From positions 5,394,001-5,458,000 of the forward strand of contig JANJGN010000041.1 in assembly GCA_026770705.1 (NCBI GenBank): DNA of 64,000 nucleotides. The letters run 5' to 3'. The stretch is from Isurus oxyrinchus (Eukaryota). Below the pieces are notes generated by a model. The model had not been told where the DNA came from. It saw nothing but the letters and a program-made list of their open reading frames with translations, and did not search any database. Both the position numbers and the translations under genes were made by a program. This document shows positions 37,636 to 51,612 of the stretch, piece by piece; position 1 is the first letter of the stretch, and each line of letters opens with the position of its first letter.

Positions 37636-38039
37636 GTTCACTATTGTAACTGTATGGCGATTCGTGGAAATGATTGAGGGTAAGATCTAGAATTAGGGTA
37701 AATAGGCACAACATCAAATGGGAATTGGAAGAACCCACCTCCGGTGTCGTTCATGTAATTTTTCAATTTGGTGACCATGTATGTTCTAATGATTGTAAAG
37801 AGTAGATGGGGGGAATAAAGGTAGATTTTTTTTCTCTTTTGTATATGTGTTTTTCTTTGCCTACGAAATCTTTATGAGAATTGAATTCGAGGCATTGGGA
37901 CTGTTGGGGAGCAGAAAAGCAAAGAGCTTGAAATAACGACCGCATTTTATCCTCTTGGAAGTTAACTGGAAAAACAGGATGAATTATCTATTGGCACATA
38001 CTTTTAAATATAATAAAATCACGTATTGAAGTTGATTGG

Positions 38040-38530
38040 CGGAAACCTGTATCCCCTGATTCAGACCTCCAGCCTACAGTAAGATGGAAATTTTGGAGAT
38101 GAATTTAATTATGTATCCGTTGATCCAGATCTTCAGCCTACAGTAACAATTATATCTTAGAGATGAACTTAAACCCTATATACACTGATACAGATCTCCA
38201 GTCTGCAGGGACAGGGATGTGTTTGATGAGGATTTGAATCTTGTCTCCACTTTTCCAGATCTCCATCCTGGGGTTCCTGGGATGTTGTGGAGTTGAAAGT
38301 GAATAATGTAACCACTGATCCAGATTTCCAGTCTGGAGTAACCAGCCACGGTTGCAGATGGGCATGCAGTTAGTGCTACATGGGATGTTGCGGAGAAGCT
38401 TCTGAACTCTGTATTCAGTTCTCCACATCATCAGTCTGCAGTCATTGCCATGTTGCTCAGCTGAATCTGAATCATGTACCCACTGATCCAGATCTTTAGT
38501 CTGCAGCTACTATGATGTTATGTAGTTGTA
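38040..38530 (+). repeat. 65-bp tandem repeat, copy B
   Basis: Same unit as 11900-12420, with one internal deletion. Confidence 0.88.
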
Positions 38531-39267
38531 GAAGAACCCGATCTGCATTGACTCACTGTGATATACTACACTTGGGGAACTGTGCACATTTTCCCTGGTT
38601 CGGACATACTAGACTTTCCTGGCTCATGGCGTCAATAACCTCCGCCTGTCTCTTCATCAGGTAGCTGACTGGGATATCCCAGCCTTGGAGGGAAATGCAG
38701 ACATCGCCATTGTAAGGGAGGTGAGAACCGCGTCAAAAAAAAAATGTTTTGCTTTCTTTGAGTGCTGCATGAAGGATAGAGTCACTAAAAGTACACATGT
38801 ACCATTGTGAGCCCTGTCTGCGTCTCCGACTGCAGCTGACTGTCATTTCTGTAAGTCACGCTCTGCCGCCTCCTCAAGATGCAGCGCCCAGTGGTCCAGT
38901 GCTTTCTGCTTCATGTGAATAAAACCTGCTGCAGTGCGCAGTGCTCCTTGTCCATGCTCATTTCATATTTGCATCACCGCGCACTGACAAGGGAAGGAGA
39001 TGGAGGTTGGGAAATGTTATGGCCGCATTGACATGCGATTATGCCACAACAGATCTGGTCGCAGACACAATCAATTTGCCGCCAATGTCCAAGGCTCGTC
39101 CAGCACAATCCAGGATATGCCCTGCAACACAAGAAGGGCAGAGGCATCCTGGGTAACAGCAGACTGGCAGACAGTCCAGTGGGGAAATATTGCCGAGCTC
39201 CCAGCATTTACTGCAGACACTATGGTGCCTCAAAGCGCATCAGGGCAAAGACAGCAAACGGGGAGAA

Positions 39268-39405
39268 ATAGAAAATAATGTGGATGCTGCTAATCTGAAA
39301 AGAAAATCCTTAAAATATTGGAAAATTTCAAGAGATTTGACAGCATCTGTGCATAAGAAAGAAACTGACAAACATTTAGGGTCTGTGTGACTCTTCCTAA
39401 GAGCC
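39268..39405 (-). mobile_element. Old Penelope-like-element tail with a degenerate hammerhead-like core
   Basis: Reverse complement reads CTTAGGA-AGAGTC-ACACA-GACCC-TAAATGTT...CACAGATGCTGTCAAATCTCTTGAAATTTTCCAATATTT...TTCAGATTAGCAGCATCC; related to the 62-bp insertions. Confidence 0.6.
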
Positions 39406-39439
39406 TTGCATCAGAGGAAGACTCATAGGGACACAGGAA

Positions 39440-39960
39440 AGAAAGACTCCTGCTGCTTCCCAAATGCCATCTACCCTCAGCTGATGGATATTTTATCCTC
39501 TGTGCTGAACACCACTTTATAGGAGTAATGGCAGCGCAGATTTCACTCTGATTGTGAGTCCGACATGTTCCTTACCAGGAATGAATCAGTAGTGGTACGG
39601 CTCACGAGTTGGCTGAGTCATGAAGGAGCTGGAATGCGATGATTCAAGAACAGGGTTCCTGCTCACCTTCACGAGGGCAATTTACAGTGGGAAGTAACAA
39701 TGTGGCCTAACCACATACACCTACTGCCGAAGGAATAATAATAGGCCATATCTGTCAGGGTTGCTCTGTGCCAGCTGGTGAAAGAAACAGCATCAGGCAA
39801 ATAAAAAACATGTCGATATTGTCCTCACCAACTATCGCTGTTGCATGTGCCAATAGTGGTCTTAGTTGGAGTGATATCCGCACAAAGCTTTTGGAGTTGA
39901 AGTGTTGCCTTCACATCAAAGAATCATTCCAGCGTGCTGAAGTCACTCCCACTCTGTTAG
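39440..39960 (+). mobile_element. L2/Crack-type LINE endonuclease fragment
   Basis: Degenerate 'Y.P.SAD..L..AEHH' and downstream endonuclease-like segments. Confidence 0.5.
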
Positions 39961-40249
39961 ATGTGTTACATTCAGAACGGAGCTAACAGCGCTAAACTGG
40001 GCATATGTGAGGCTATGTAGGCCATCAGCAGCAGCAGAATTCTGGCACAACCACAATCACCAATCATGTCCCGGCTTAAACGGGATAAGCCACTGCTTAT
40101 CCAACTCCATACCTTTCAGCAAAACTTCCCAATCTAAAATAGCCAATCACTCCCCCGCCCCCATCCCCGAATTCTTTAACACTCTCTTTGTTCAGATTAA
40201 GAGCAGTTTCTCTGATTGGAACATAGTACATTGAAACTTAATGAAACAT

Positions 40250-42190
40250 TCTACCATATTACGCTCACTCTTTCCTAAGTGCACCTTTACATCAAGTGTG
40301 TCAATGAGCAATGTTCAGTAGCACAAGACTAGATCTGAAATAAGACGTTCAATGGCTGGTTGTTCAACGTTCTGCTCTAGAACACCATCTTGCAAATGTT
40401 GTAAGAATTCATTCGCCCAAAACATTAGAAGGAATTAGTTTTACTCACCCTGTAATTACGGTGAAATCTCCCATGATTAGATTTCTGTGCTTCATACAAG
40501 AATCTCCAATGTAATGATGTATTCAGAGATGTACATTACCACTGCCGTTTGGTCGACTGTAAACAACTCACTGCAATGTTTTCTGCCCCCTGCTGTCCCT
40601 TAGTTGACCCAAATTGATTCTATATTTTGATATTTCCAACACCAGGCATTTCTCAGCACTGTACCAATGCCATCTTTGATCAATAGGTTTACTGCAATAA
40701 CTTTTCCCAGCTCCTTGTCCTTCCAGAATGACACATGCCTAGGATATTAAGTTCCCAACATTAGTTTGCTTGCAGATACGTCTGTGCAATGTCTAACAGA
40801 TCAAGCATATCAATTTCTATTTGAGATTAAAATTCACGTGTTTTCCTGCGAATGCTGCAGGCATTCACAAACAGAGCCCTGAATTCATTGTTTCATTGCC
40901 GTTTTTGCAAACACTGTCCCTGCCTGCGAGCACACTCCTAAACTTGCAATGTCTTCTCCTTTCTTCCATTACCTGATTACCTTCGTCTTTAAGCCTTCAG
41001 TCATATATTGTCTTGCCATTTCCATTTCATTTATTCCAACTGCCCGAGATGATCTCTTCACCATTTGGTTATTTAAAAACCATCTCTACTTCCTTTGTAC
41101 CATATCCCAATCGAACACAGGGCAGGGCACGGTTAAAGTCTAGACTTCCCTAATGCTAAATTTCCCACAGTCCCAGTTGTAGTGCCAGTGCGACTACATC
41201 CGCACCCATTTCTCCTACACTATTTTTGAGACACATATTAATATTCCTAATGTTATTCACCTGACACCGTTTTTTACATCACACCAGTCATAGTTATAGA
41301 TTGTTAACGTTTCTTTTCTGCTGCTTTACCTCGTGCCTATCTCCCCAGAATCGCTATGCAGAAATTATTTCCTAGTTTTTCCAATGTTTTTTGTACTTAC
41401 ATGGACAACGACCCAGTAAATCCACTCCCTCCAAGTTGAAGCTTCTCTACAGCCTCAGCAGGTGTCGCAAAAGGTACAAGCCTGGAGGTAACCCAGCAGC
41501 CTGGACTCATGGCAGCGAACACAACATGACTAAACAGACGCCTATCACTATTATAATCTTCATTGCCCCACCCATTGACAAAACATTGTTCAGCATTGTG
41601 TCATAATCATTCCACTTGTCTATCTTGCTGTCCTCCCCATTCACAATGGTTCCATCACTTCATACCTATTCAAAAGGTCATGGACCGAGGCTCCTTGAAG
41701 TCTCGGTTCTGGGTGGCCTTATTCACCAGACATGCACTCACACCCCTGCTCGTGACCATTGAACAATCTGAAGTTCTCTCTAAGCTAAGGGGAATTACTG
41801 CCTTCTGGGGCAAAGTTCCCAAGCAACATTTGCCCCCCATTGACTCCCGACAAATGCCTCACAATTTCCGCAGCTCATAATCCAGCTCAATGTATTCAAT
41901 GTACTCCATCGAAATGTACATACTGCTATAATGGCACACCGCCAGCCTGCCACTGCTGACAACCTTACTCATTTAATTTGCCAATTAGGTAATAATTTAC
42001 AGAGATACAGAATGTTGTGCTCAGCTATTTTGGAGACGAGGAGGAAAGCTGTCCAATGACCGGGTGCTGACAAAAGTAGGAAAAGAAACAAGTCTTGACC
42101 TCACTTTCGCAAGTACCCATCTGATCCAAAATCCCAACTCCTCACTCAGTCCACATCTGTCTCAGATGTAGCCGCGAGTCCATGCCTCCT
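40250..42190 (-). mobile_element. CR1-clade LINE 5' part (ORF1/endonuclease), decayed
   Basis: Reverse-strand CR1-like segments (e.g. CCTGGAGGTAACCCAGCAGCCTGGACTC, CTGCGAATGCTGCAGGCATTCA). Confidence 0.55.
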
Positions 42191-45100
42191 GTTTGACATG
42201 CACTTTGAACAACCCAGTGTTTTTATAAAACATCTATTGAATCCCCAGCTAGCTCAGCATTCTCTGACGATAGTTAATATTTATTAAGGGGAATTACGTA
42301 CAGTGCCATGGTTCTGGTGTGATGGCCCAGAAAGAGGACACCGTGCGTAGGAATCGGACAATACGACCAGATGATGTTTTAATGCTGGGTAATTGGTAGC
42401 GGTGTGACTTCTGCACCAGTTCTTCAGCTGGATCTTAAATGTTTGAAGCTTGTACACTTCTCAATAAAATCTTCAAAAAGGAAACCACGCTGTAACCATG
42501 TTGTGTTCTGATTTTCAACGTTAACACACCAAACATAGAAAAAGGATTGGTAAAATGAATGTTAACATTTTGAAACTTGGAAATACACAGAATTTGGCGA
42601 AAGGTAGCCAAGGAAAATTACAGCTGATTAATGTCTAACGCCATCAAACAACGGTTGGATCACTTGTGTGCCATGTTAACATCAAGTGAAGATGCACTGA
42701 AGGTGTGAAGGACAAAAGGTAGATTTGCTTGAGAAGTATGAAAGCATCAACGCTTGCAGATCTGTGCATCTGTAGTCGGTTTCCCTTTGGTCTTCACTGT
42801 GGCAACATCTGAATGATTTGAAAAGCGATTTCTGAGCTTAATTTCAGACTTAGGAATGCTGTGGGTCCGCAGTCAAATGCAGGTTAGACCGGGTTAAGAT
42901 GGCAGTTCTCCTCCCTAAGTGTTCAAGATGGGCCGTCCATACAGTCCTTGAATCTCTTGCTGGACGCAACTGATAATGGTTATTTTTTATAGAGTAGGAT
43001 CAGAACAGACGCCCCCTTCCTGCAACCCTGCTTGAGCTTGCCGCTGGTGACATACAAAATTTCCGGGCTGCCATCCCCTGGGACAGCTTTGAAAGTCGTG
43101 AACTGAGCCGTTTTTTTAGGATCAGTTGGTAAATCACTGAGTCTGGAGACACTTTTGTTTCCTTTGGAGTTACTGATTACTGGCGGGTACATCCTGCAGC
43201 TGCATCTACATCAGTCACTTTGTCTAACACCTCTGCCACAACTGCACAGCCCAATTTTCCTTCCACTCCGGTCTGCCCTTCGGAAGACCCTCCCCCCTCA
43301 CAACCACAATCCCCACAATTCTGTCTCCCCTGCTCCCCACTGTCAGCACCTTCTTCCCATGACTGCTCTTCCCATTGGTCCCACACTGCATTGGAGCTGC
43401 GAGGACTCGATGGGCCGAATGGCCTGCAAGACCTTACTGTCTCAAACTTTTGTTGGAATCAATTGTATTCCAAAGGTGGGCTTTGGCTGCAGTCTAATAT
43501 GATTTCAGGTATGTGAAAGCGAGGTAAAATGCTGGTCGTGTGTGCTCTATGCAGTTCGTGTGCACAGTGCTCAATACCATTCAACTGAGTTGCAATACAT
43601 ACGGGTCGTGTTCGGACGCTTATGGGTATGTTAAATATTTGCTGGGGGGGAAAGGGTAGACCAACGGCCACTTACCATCCAGCCTGATAGTTTGGCACAA
43701 GTGCGGGAGGATGGGAAAATAATGAATCATCACAAGATAAGATCCAACAGCCCATTGCTGGTCAGTCTGGAGAAAACAAAAGCTGTCCATTGCCAAACGT
43801 GCACAAAATTAAGCGCTAATTTCACTTGATAAACACTGAAGGGTGCGCTTCAGTGTGACGTTTCAAACGGGCCCTGAAAGGTTTTTTTTTTCAATTTTTT
43901 GTTCCCGGTTGGCAATTAAATTAATTTAAAATTGTTGATTGAGGTTAACACGGAAACAGCTGGGCTCAGTTTCACCCAATTCCAGATTGAGCACATTATT
44001 CTTCTCGCATTACCTGTGGGCACCTTGCACGATCTCTGGGTCTTGTAGACTGTCAGGCATACAGTGTCACCCTGCCCTGAGACCCTGCTGCAAAGGGTGA
44101 GGGAGCACAGATTGTTATAATAGCTCACAGGACATTTGAATGGCGATATAAAAGAGGAAGAAAGATTCTCACTTCAGCAATGGTGAATGAGGCCATTTCA
44201 CCCTCCTGTCGCTTTCTCCCTAAAACAGATCCTGCTTCCTACCCTCCATTTGTTCTCTAATGGGACACCTAGCAAGATGCCAATAACCAAGAGCTCCCCT
44301 CCCTGCGTGAAACATAGGAGGTACCAGTATGAACAAGGAGCACAGGACTCACTATTTTTAGTTGATCTCTGTAGGAGGTACTGTCTTAAACTACCTGACC
44401 CACAATGTTGCCCCAGGCAAAACGAGACTTAACGTCGATTTTTGCTTAAGATGAACTACGACTCGGGGTGTGCATCGTCATGAACAAAACCCACTGAACG
44501 AATTGTATTAATTAGTCACTGGTGAAAACCACTAACACTCTCGCTTGCACCCCTGCACACCATCATTCACACACGAATCGACTGTGCTATGTGTTGGAAA
44601 ACATGCGAAAGAAATAGAGATACAAGGAGGAAGACTGGAAAGGCTGGATGAACAGAGTGGGGCCCTCATATCAATATATTTACGATTATGAAAGATTTAT
44701 TTTAACATACTGGATGCAGAGCAAAGATTTGCTCTAACGACAATGCTTATAAAACGAGGTCTTAAATAAGAAACAATCGCCAAGAGAACTCACAGGGAAT
44801 TGAAGAATACTTATTTCCACAGAGAGAGATGAGAATGTGGGAGTCATTACCAAACGGAGTGCTCTGTTGTATACATTAGCTCTATTTAAGTGGAAGCTAT
44901 GCAGTCATATTCCAGGGACAGAAATAGACGGACACCCTAACTAGTTATGATTTGAATGGTCAGGCTCTTTCGGTCGGGCGTCTAACTTTTCAGGGGTCTC
45001 TGCTTAAGGGGACGTGGTGGAGGGGAGTGAAGGCACCATTTCACCCTGCTGCTCTTCTCTGCAGCTACAGCTGGTGCTGTTTGGCCTCACCCCATTTTCC

Positions 45101-45504
45101 CATTCACCAGAAAGAACAACGAGTAATCTCCGCAGCCCCCGTCCCCCATTCAAGCAGGATGCCCCTGTCTAGCAATTTCCTTTACCCCCGGTCCAACATA
45201 ATCCGTTATTTTAGAATTGCCTCTGCCTTGGGTGATGTGTTTTTGAGACAGTGGCTTCATCACGGATAGAAAGGGACTGTGTGTCCCGCTAAACTACCAT
45301 TCCGTTTCAAAGTTAAGCCTTGTCTACAGTGCAGCATCATCAGCGTTACACCACCCATCCAGTTTGAGTTCTACCAAATCACGTGATCTCTCCCCACGAG
45401 GACATTGCTCCCAGTTCTCTGCGAAGCCATCAATTCGGTTTGGATGGTGCCTCCTGCCCAGGCCTTCTTCAACACATTCATGATATGGACCAATAACTCC
45501 TCAA

Positions 45505-46815
45505 GTGAGTGGTTTGATTTTATTCATTCATGGGTTGGAAAGCTCGCTGGCTGGGGGAAATGTATTGCCCATCCCAAGTTGCCATTGTGAAGGTGGTGAT
45601 GAGCTGCCTTTTGAACGATTGCAGCGTCTGTCGTATACCTACAACAACAGGGCTGTTAGGAGGTGTTGCGGGGTGGTGTTGGTCGTACCAAAGGATACTG
45701 GCCCAGCGACAGTTAAGTAACACTGATGCATTTCCAAAATGGATGGACGTGTCTTGGGGAGGGGATTGAAGATTGTTTTGCTGCCATCTATCTCCTTACC
45801 TTCTTCAAGGTGCAATTGCCGTAAGCTGGAAGGTGCAGTCGAAGGAGTCGTGTTTTTTTTCCTTGCAGTGCATTTTATAGACGGTATGCACTGCTGCTTT
45901 TGTGCATCGGTGATGGAGGGAGTGAATGATTGGTTTAGCATCATAATCAAGCGGACTGCTTTTCCTGGATGGTGACGAAATTCTGTACTGTTTTGGAGCT
46001 GTGCTCATCCTTAAAAATGGAGAGTATTCCGTCAAACTTCCGACTTGTGCCTGATAGGCAGTGGACAGCCTTTGGGGAGTAAGGAAGTGTGTAACTCCTC
46101 TGTCAATTCTTGGCAGCTGAACTGCTTTTTTAGCCACTTTACCTAGGTGACTAGTCTAGATCAGTTTCTGGTAAATGGCGACCTCCGGAAAGTAGATAGT
46201 TGGGGGATTCAGTGAGGGGGATGCCATTGATTGCCTAGGGGCAATTGTTAGATTGTCTCTTGATGGAGATGGTCATTGTCTGGCACTTTTCTGGCTTGAT
46301 TGTTACTTGCAACTTTTCCGCAACGTGCTGGATATTTTCGAGGGCCTGTATTTCTTTTTCCTGACACGTTGTTTCTCAGTACCAACCATCCCACCCTCAC
46401 CCCATGCCCACCACCACCCTCCTCGGAGGATGAGATGTGCTATGTTATTCACAATCAGTTCGGCAGGAACTTAATACCCTGCATGGCCGGAGGGGCCACA
46501 ACATCCTGACCAGGTCATGCTGCATTTGAACCTGGGCTGCTTCATTTTCTGAGGAATCACGAATGCTCCTGAACATTGTGCAAACGTCAGTGAACATCCC
46601 CACTTCCGACCAGATGATAGATGGACACACATTTATGAAGCAACTGACGCCGTTTGGCACTCGGGAATTACCCTGAGGAAATCCTAAAGAGTGTTGTCTT
46701 CCTTTGCACCTAAGGCGTGTTACCAAACGTCAACAATTTTATTCCGGCTCATTGAGGCCACCCACGGTCAAATGCTGCCTTTATGTCAACGGCTGTCACT
46801 CTCCTCTCGCCTCAG
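45505..46815 (-). mobile_element. L2/Crack-type LINE RT and 3' tail
   Basis: ORF 45805-46137 'VTHFLTPQRLSTAYQAQVGSLTEYSPFLRMSTAP..IHSLHHRCTKAAVHTVYKMHC'; RT 'VGMFTDVCTMF' (ORF 46445-46726). Confidence 0.85.
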
Positions 46816-46859
46816 GAAATAGAGCTTTTCTCCAGATTGTATTCATACTTTGTTTTATA

Positions 46860-48640
46860 ATGATTAACCAAAACATCTCGAAAGGTTATATTTAATTCAA
46901 TATGACTTGTGGCTGTTGTGGAAGTGCACACCAGGCCTGAAGAGATCATGGAGAGATAAAGAATGTTCTTGGCTCTTACCTTGCGGTGCTGGTAATGGTG
47001 AAAAACCCTGAATGTCATCTCTATGGAGCGTGCAATGACACAGATATTCTGTTGAGCTCACCTAAGGGAAAAGGCCAGAAGTTGTAACATGTCCAAGTCA
47101 AATCTCCACCGAAACCTTTGGATCAAGATGTATAGCTGACTGCTCAGCACTTATGTACAATCATAATTTGTTTTATTGTGGCTGGTTCGTATCATGTTGA
47201 GTGGCTGCTCAGTAGAACAGACCTTTAAACGATCACTCTGCCAACATCTCTGCTTGTCGCAAACCCCTTCCATCCTGCACTCAGACAACATTAGCTCTTC
47301 TCCCCCATGTCTCACCACCTTACCGTCAATCAGTCACCCATTACAACTCGTCACCCAAACTCCCACGGCACACTAGCACCTGGTAACACTCCCCTTCAAA
47401 CCATCAACACTAATTTCCCCATTCCCAATGATGCCTCATCGCATGCAATTTTCCTCCATCAACCCTGCTACTCTTCTGTCCACACTGCTATTCCAAGGCT
47501 GCCTGCCATCAGGCCTGGATATCCCTATCAACCCATATCTTCTTCGTTACAAATTTCACCTCAATAGCCTCAGCTTCCCCCATCAACATTAGCTCCTCAC
47601 CTCTAACTTCTCCAACATCCCTGCTTACCGCATAACCTCCGATTTCCACCCTCAAACCGTCTTTTCTTCTCCAATAACTTCCATTTAATTGTCCTGGCCT
47701 TCGAGCATATCAACAACCGTCTGGTCAATAAGATAGAATGATTCCGAAATGTTCAGTAAGTCCTTACGCAACTTGTAAGTTTTGTATTGTACATTTCTCT
47801 TTCGCTCAGCTAACAAAGTGATGATTGTGTCACTTTTGCAGATAGTGTGGTCTCTCCAAATGTGACACTCGGCAGATGCTGACTATGGCAGAGCAAAACT
47901 GGTTTCCTCAGCCTGATATTTCGACTCTTTCTGATAGTTTTAGGAAAAGAGTTTCGTTTCTTCAACTCCACCCCCGTGCGTAATGCCAACACTATCAGAA
48001 ACTGACTGTTCTCCCTGGTTCACAGTCACTCACACCATTGAAATCTCTGTAGCCATTTTTTAGCAAAATCTGAAGAGTAAGTATGGTGTTGGCGGAACAG
48101 CGGCTGAGCTTCGGGTAATAGTGACCGTTTTGGTATGTTTAAGGAAAATTTCCCGATATTTTTTGTAAGCCAATGAGTATTGGCTGACGATAAAAGTCCA
48201 TTCTGTTATGTGACAATATATGACCTGCATTCTCAGTTTTGGAGAAAAATCGAGTTCCTTGATCACATTCTAACGCCGGAGAGGATATTTGCCCCGCTTC
48301 TGCTGTTGAATGGTTTCACTGTCAGGCACAGGTTAATGACCAGCAGAAATTGCAGGACACTCTGGGTAATCAGAAACATGGAAGATCGAAGGGAACCCAA
48401 CAATTTGCTTTTGTCCTCTCAACCAATTGCATCAAGTTATGGTCAAAGTTTATGGTTTACTCATTGTGGTGGCAGATGTTGGATATGTTGTCCAGTTTGA
48501 TGCATCCAGAAACCTTGCACAATGGTTTAATTCATTCTGCAGCTCCTGAGTTGATTCACAATCATTTGTGTTTGTACTATGATTCAGAATATGTTGCGAT
48601 TGCATTTGGAGGACGTTCTAGGATATGATTAAAATAACTG
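46860..48640 (+). pseudogene. GPR139-like: GPR139-like GPCR pseudogene (decayed exon 1 candidate ~46860-47010; exon 2 47810-48640)
   Basis: Acceptor CTCAG| at 47809, then 'NKVMIV..CGLSKCDTR', 'TDCSPWFTVT', 'IEFLDHILTP..LLLLNGFTVRH.LMTSR', 'LQLLS*FT'; stops, frameshifts and deletions. Exon 1 assignment is weaker. Confidence 0.85.
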
Positions 48641-49249
48641 AAACACTGTTCGTGTGCAGCATTGTCCACTGCTCCTTCAGGTTTTCAGCGTCTGGAGGGG
48701 CTTGCCAGAAAGGCAAATGAAAAATCTTGGGGCTTGTCGCTAATGATAACATTGTCTGTTGAACAATTGACTTTTACAACATGAAGTTTCCTCGCTCTGA
48801 TTAGACATTATAGTACCAAGAATAACAGAACTCACATTGGGCAATCCACTGGTCCACTTTCCTTCTCCTTCACAACCATCTGCAAGGGCCCCTCCCAGCA
48901 GCATCACCCACATAACCCAGCACCCCCACCCACCACCCCTAAACTTCATTTGGCCAGCCCATTTGTCCATTATAACGCATTCCACAATTGTCCCTTGCAG
49001 ATATTGCACCTATTTTGTGGATTGATGAGGTGAGTTACAAAGTGTTGCCAGACCCCGGCCTGTTCTTTTTTTAGCAAAATTATTAATCGATTTACTGAAG
49101 AACATGAAAAATATGTGTCACAGTGATGTTGCCAAAAGGGACATTGTCTTTGTTCAATAACTCTACGAGCCTCCACGCATCTTGACTCATCCATGTCCAC
49201 CATTGTTACCCTCCATGTCACACTCTCTCAGCTGCTTTCCTGGTTTGGC

Positions 49250-49820
49250 CTTGAAGAGTTTCATTATGTTCACCTGAACCATCCCATCTCGTAGCGAGTT
49301 CCACATTCTCACCTATCTCTGGACATGAGGTCTCTCCTGAATTCCCGATTGGATAATTTGCTGATTGTCATACATTCATGACCATATAGTTGCGTCCCTC
49401 CCCATAAGATGAAACATTCTCTCTGTATCCAATCACTCAAAAAGCCTGCTTTTAAACTCCTCTATTGTGCCATCCCGGAGACTTGTTTACAATTTTCCAG
49501 AGAGAAGAGTCACAGCCTGAAAAGTCCTCCTGATATGTGTACCCGCACATTCCTGCATCATCCTTATCAGTCCTGTCTGCACTAGTGCCTCTATATGGCT
49601 TTTATAACCATGCATGTTGACCATGAGTGTAATTGCCTAACTTTGGTCAACCAAAGTTTTAATCGGGTACAGCATATCCTTCTGACTTTTCAATTCTATC
49701 CCCTAAGGCATGAAGCCAAGTGTGTGGTTCGGAATTTTTAACGCCCGGTTAACATATAGGTCTACTTTCAATGGTGGAGTTATTTTTACTCACAAATCGC
49801 TAAGTACCTCTTCCCCCTCG
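49250..49820 (-). mobile_element. CR1 LINE 3' fragment
   Basis: GCGAGTTCCACATTCTCACC..CTCCTGAATTCCC and CCAGAGAGAAGAG..CAGCCTG motifs. Confidence 0.65.
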
Positions 49821-51319
49821 AGAGGAAAGAGGAAAGAAGAAGAGATTCGTTTTTTAGTGCCAGTGGGATCAGTTCTGTAAAGCCGGCACATTTCATGCTA
49901 CATGGGTTGAAATGGGGTCCACTGTCATCGGTAGTGATAGGTGTTTAGGCGGTGACGGTGCGGCATGGGAATAGGGACACATGTACAAGCTAATTCGCTT
50001 TGCTGTGAGGCGGGCTTCATGACCGTCTGCTGTAGCCGATGTGAAAGCTTGAACTTAAGCGCCAGCTGAGAACTCATTTAGACTCAGGCGCCATCTTGGT
50101 TAAAGGGATTTTTCCATATCCTCAAAATGACATCATCTAAAAATAGCGAGTGTTTGTGCTGCTGGGCGATATCGGACGCCTTGTAGAATTTTAATAGATG
50201 ATATTAGTGGAGACTGGGTAAATCCACATTAACTAAAATGCTATTAATTGCTGTTTATTTAAAGTGCCCTGATCTGAAGTGATGGGCTTGTATTTGGAGA
50301 TGGTTTTAATGTTTATGGGAGAAAATTAGGGTGATGGTGTTCAGCGTACTTCAGAAAGCTGTTAGTTGAATGGATGGAAATGCTCAAAGTGCGAAATAGA
50401 TACCAAGTGTTCTAAACCATATCGATATAAGGTAGCTCCTGTGAAATATGCTCACCTCCATTATGTTCAGTTGCAATAAAGACTATCTGTGCTCCAGTTA
50501 TCTCATGTGTGTCTCTGAGGTGCTCAAGAGAGAATGTGCAAATCTTTGTTCTTGGTACTTGGATTTCTGGTGCTCTACCAGCACAGATGCTGTTTATTAG
50601 AACTGATCAGGTATTATGTATTTACTAATAGCATGCACGCAATGAAAATTGTCTCCACTTTGAGCATGATAAAGACGGAGTCACCTAAGCTAGTTACTTG
50701 CTAATCAACAGAGAGACCGATCTGTGTAATGATTGAACAAGTGAAAGTTTAAAATAATTGTTAACGACTTATAATTTCAGAGCCAATCTGCAGAGAAGAG
50801 GGCCATTTAGCCCATTAAGCACCTCCTGGATCTTTGAAATTGCTTCTCAATTCTCCCCACTCGATCTCTCCACTTTCCCCATTGCTCTGCCATTGTTCCT
50901 TTTTTAGTTCAATTACCTCCACACCCCTCATTTGCGATTCAACATTGCACCTTCCTCCATTACCCTTTCAGGAATCCCCTTACATGTCACATGGACAGAT
51001 TGTGTATAGATAATTTTTCCACAGCTCCCATCGGGTTATCTGCTTATTACCTTCAATCTGTTTCACCCGATCTTCCAAAAACCAACACTGATTGCCACTA
51101 TTGAAAGAAATGTGTATTTCTCCCTTGGGGCAGATATTGTCCATTTGACCAGCATCAGCAAAACAGATTACCTGATTATTAACTGGCTGATGAATTTTCT
51201 TGCTTGAAGGATTAACGACAGCAACTCATTCTATCTTCAGAGCTCAGGGGCAGCCCAAGGACTGGAATGGTCCACAGGAATTTATCGAGTTCACATGTTC
51301 ATTTTCTGCATTTTGCGTC

Positions 51320-51612
51320 ATCACTGTCTCTCTTTCTATTTCTCATCTCTTTCTGTCGTTATCCTTTGTTCTCCGTATGCCCTCTAGCTCAGCCTCTCCT
51401 CCTTTCTGCTCCGCTCTCTCACATTCTCGCTCTGCATCTTCCTCGCTACGCTCTCTCCCTCTCCCTTCACTCACTTTCTATTTCTCTTTCATTTGATGAT
51501 TCTATTTTGCTCTGTCTCGCTCCTTGTATATTCCACCGTTTTTTTTCTTTCTCGTTGCTCCATCTTATTCTCCAGCTTCCTTTCAAGCTGTATCTCTGTC
51601 TCTCTCTGTCCC
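51320..51612. repeat. CT-rich low-complexity tract
   Basis: Directly visible. Confidence 0.85.

Larger units (their letters stand above)
29563..38557 (+). repeat. Segmental/tandem duplication, copy B
   Basis: Collinear with 1-12445, but lacks the equivalents of A ~905-3820 and A ~9605-10075. Confidence 0.95.

Noticed and set aside
38600-39270. GC-richer stretch with several short ORFs and an ATTTGCAT octamer
   Set aside because: No recognisable family; probably a DNA-transposon remnant, and a single octamer is expected by chance.
44990-45480. Possible ERV integrase fragment ('TDYVGP', 'GHP', 'VKWCLHSP') on the minus strand
   Set aside because: Motif spacing is inconsistent with an integrase core; too weak without a profile search.
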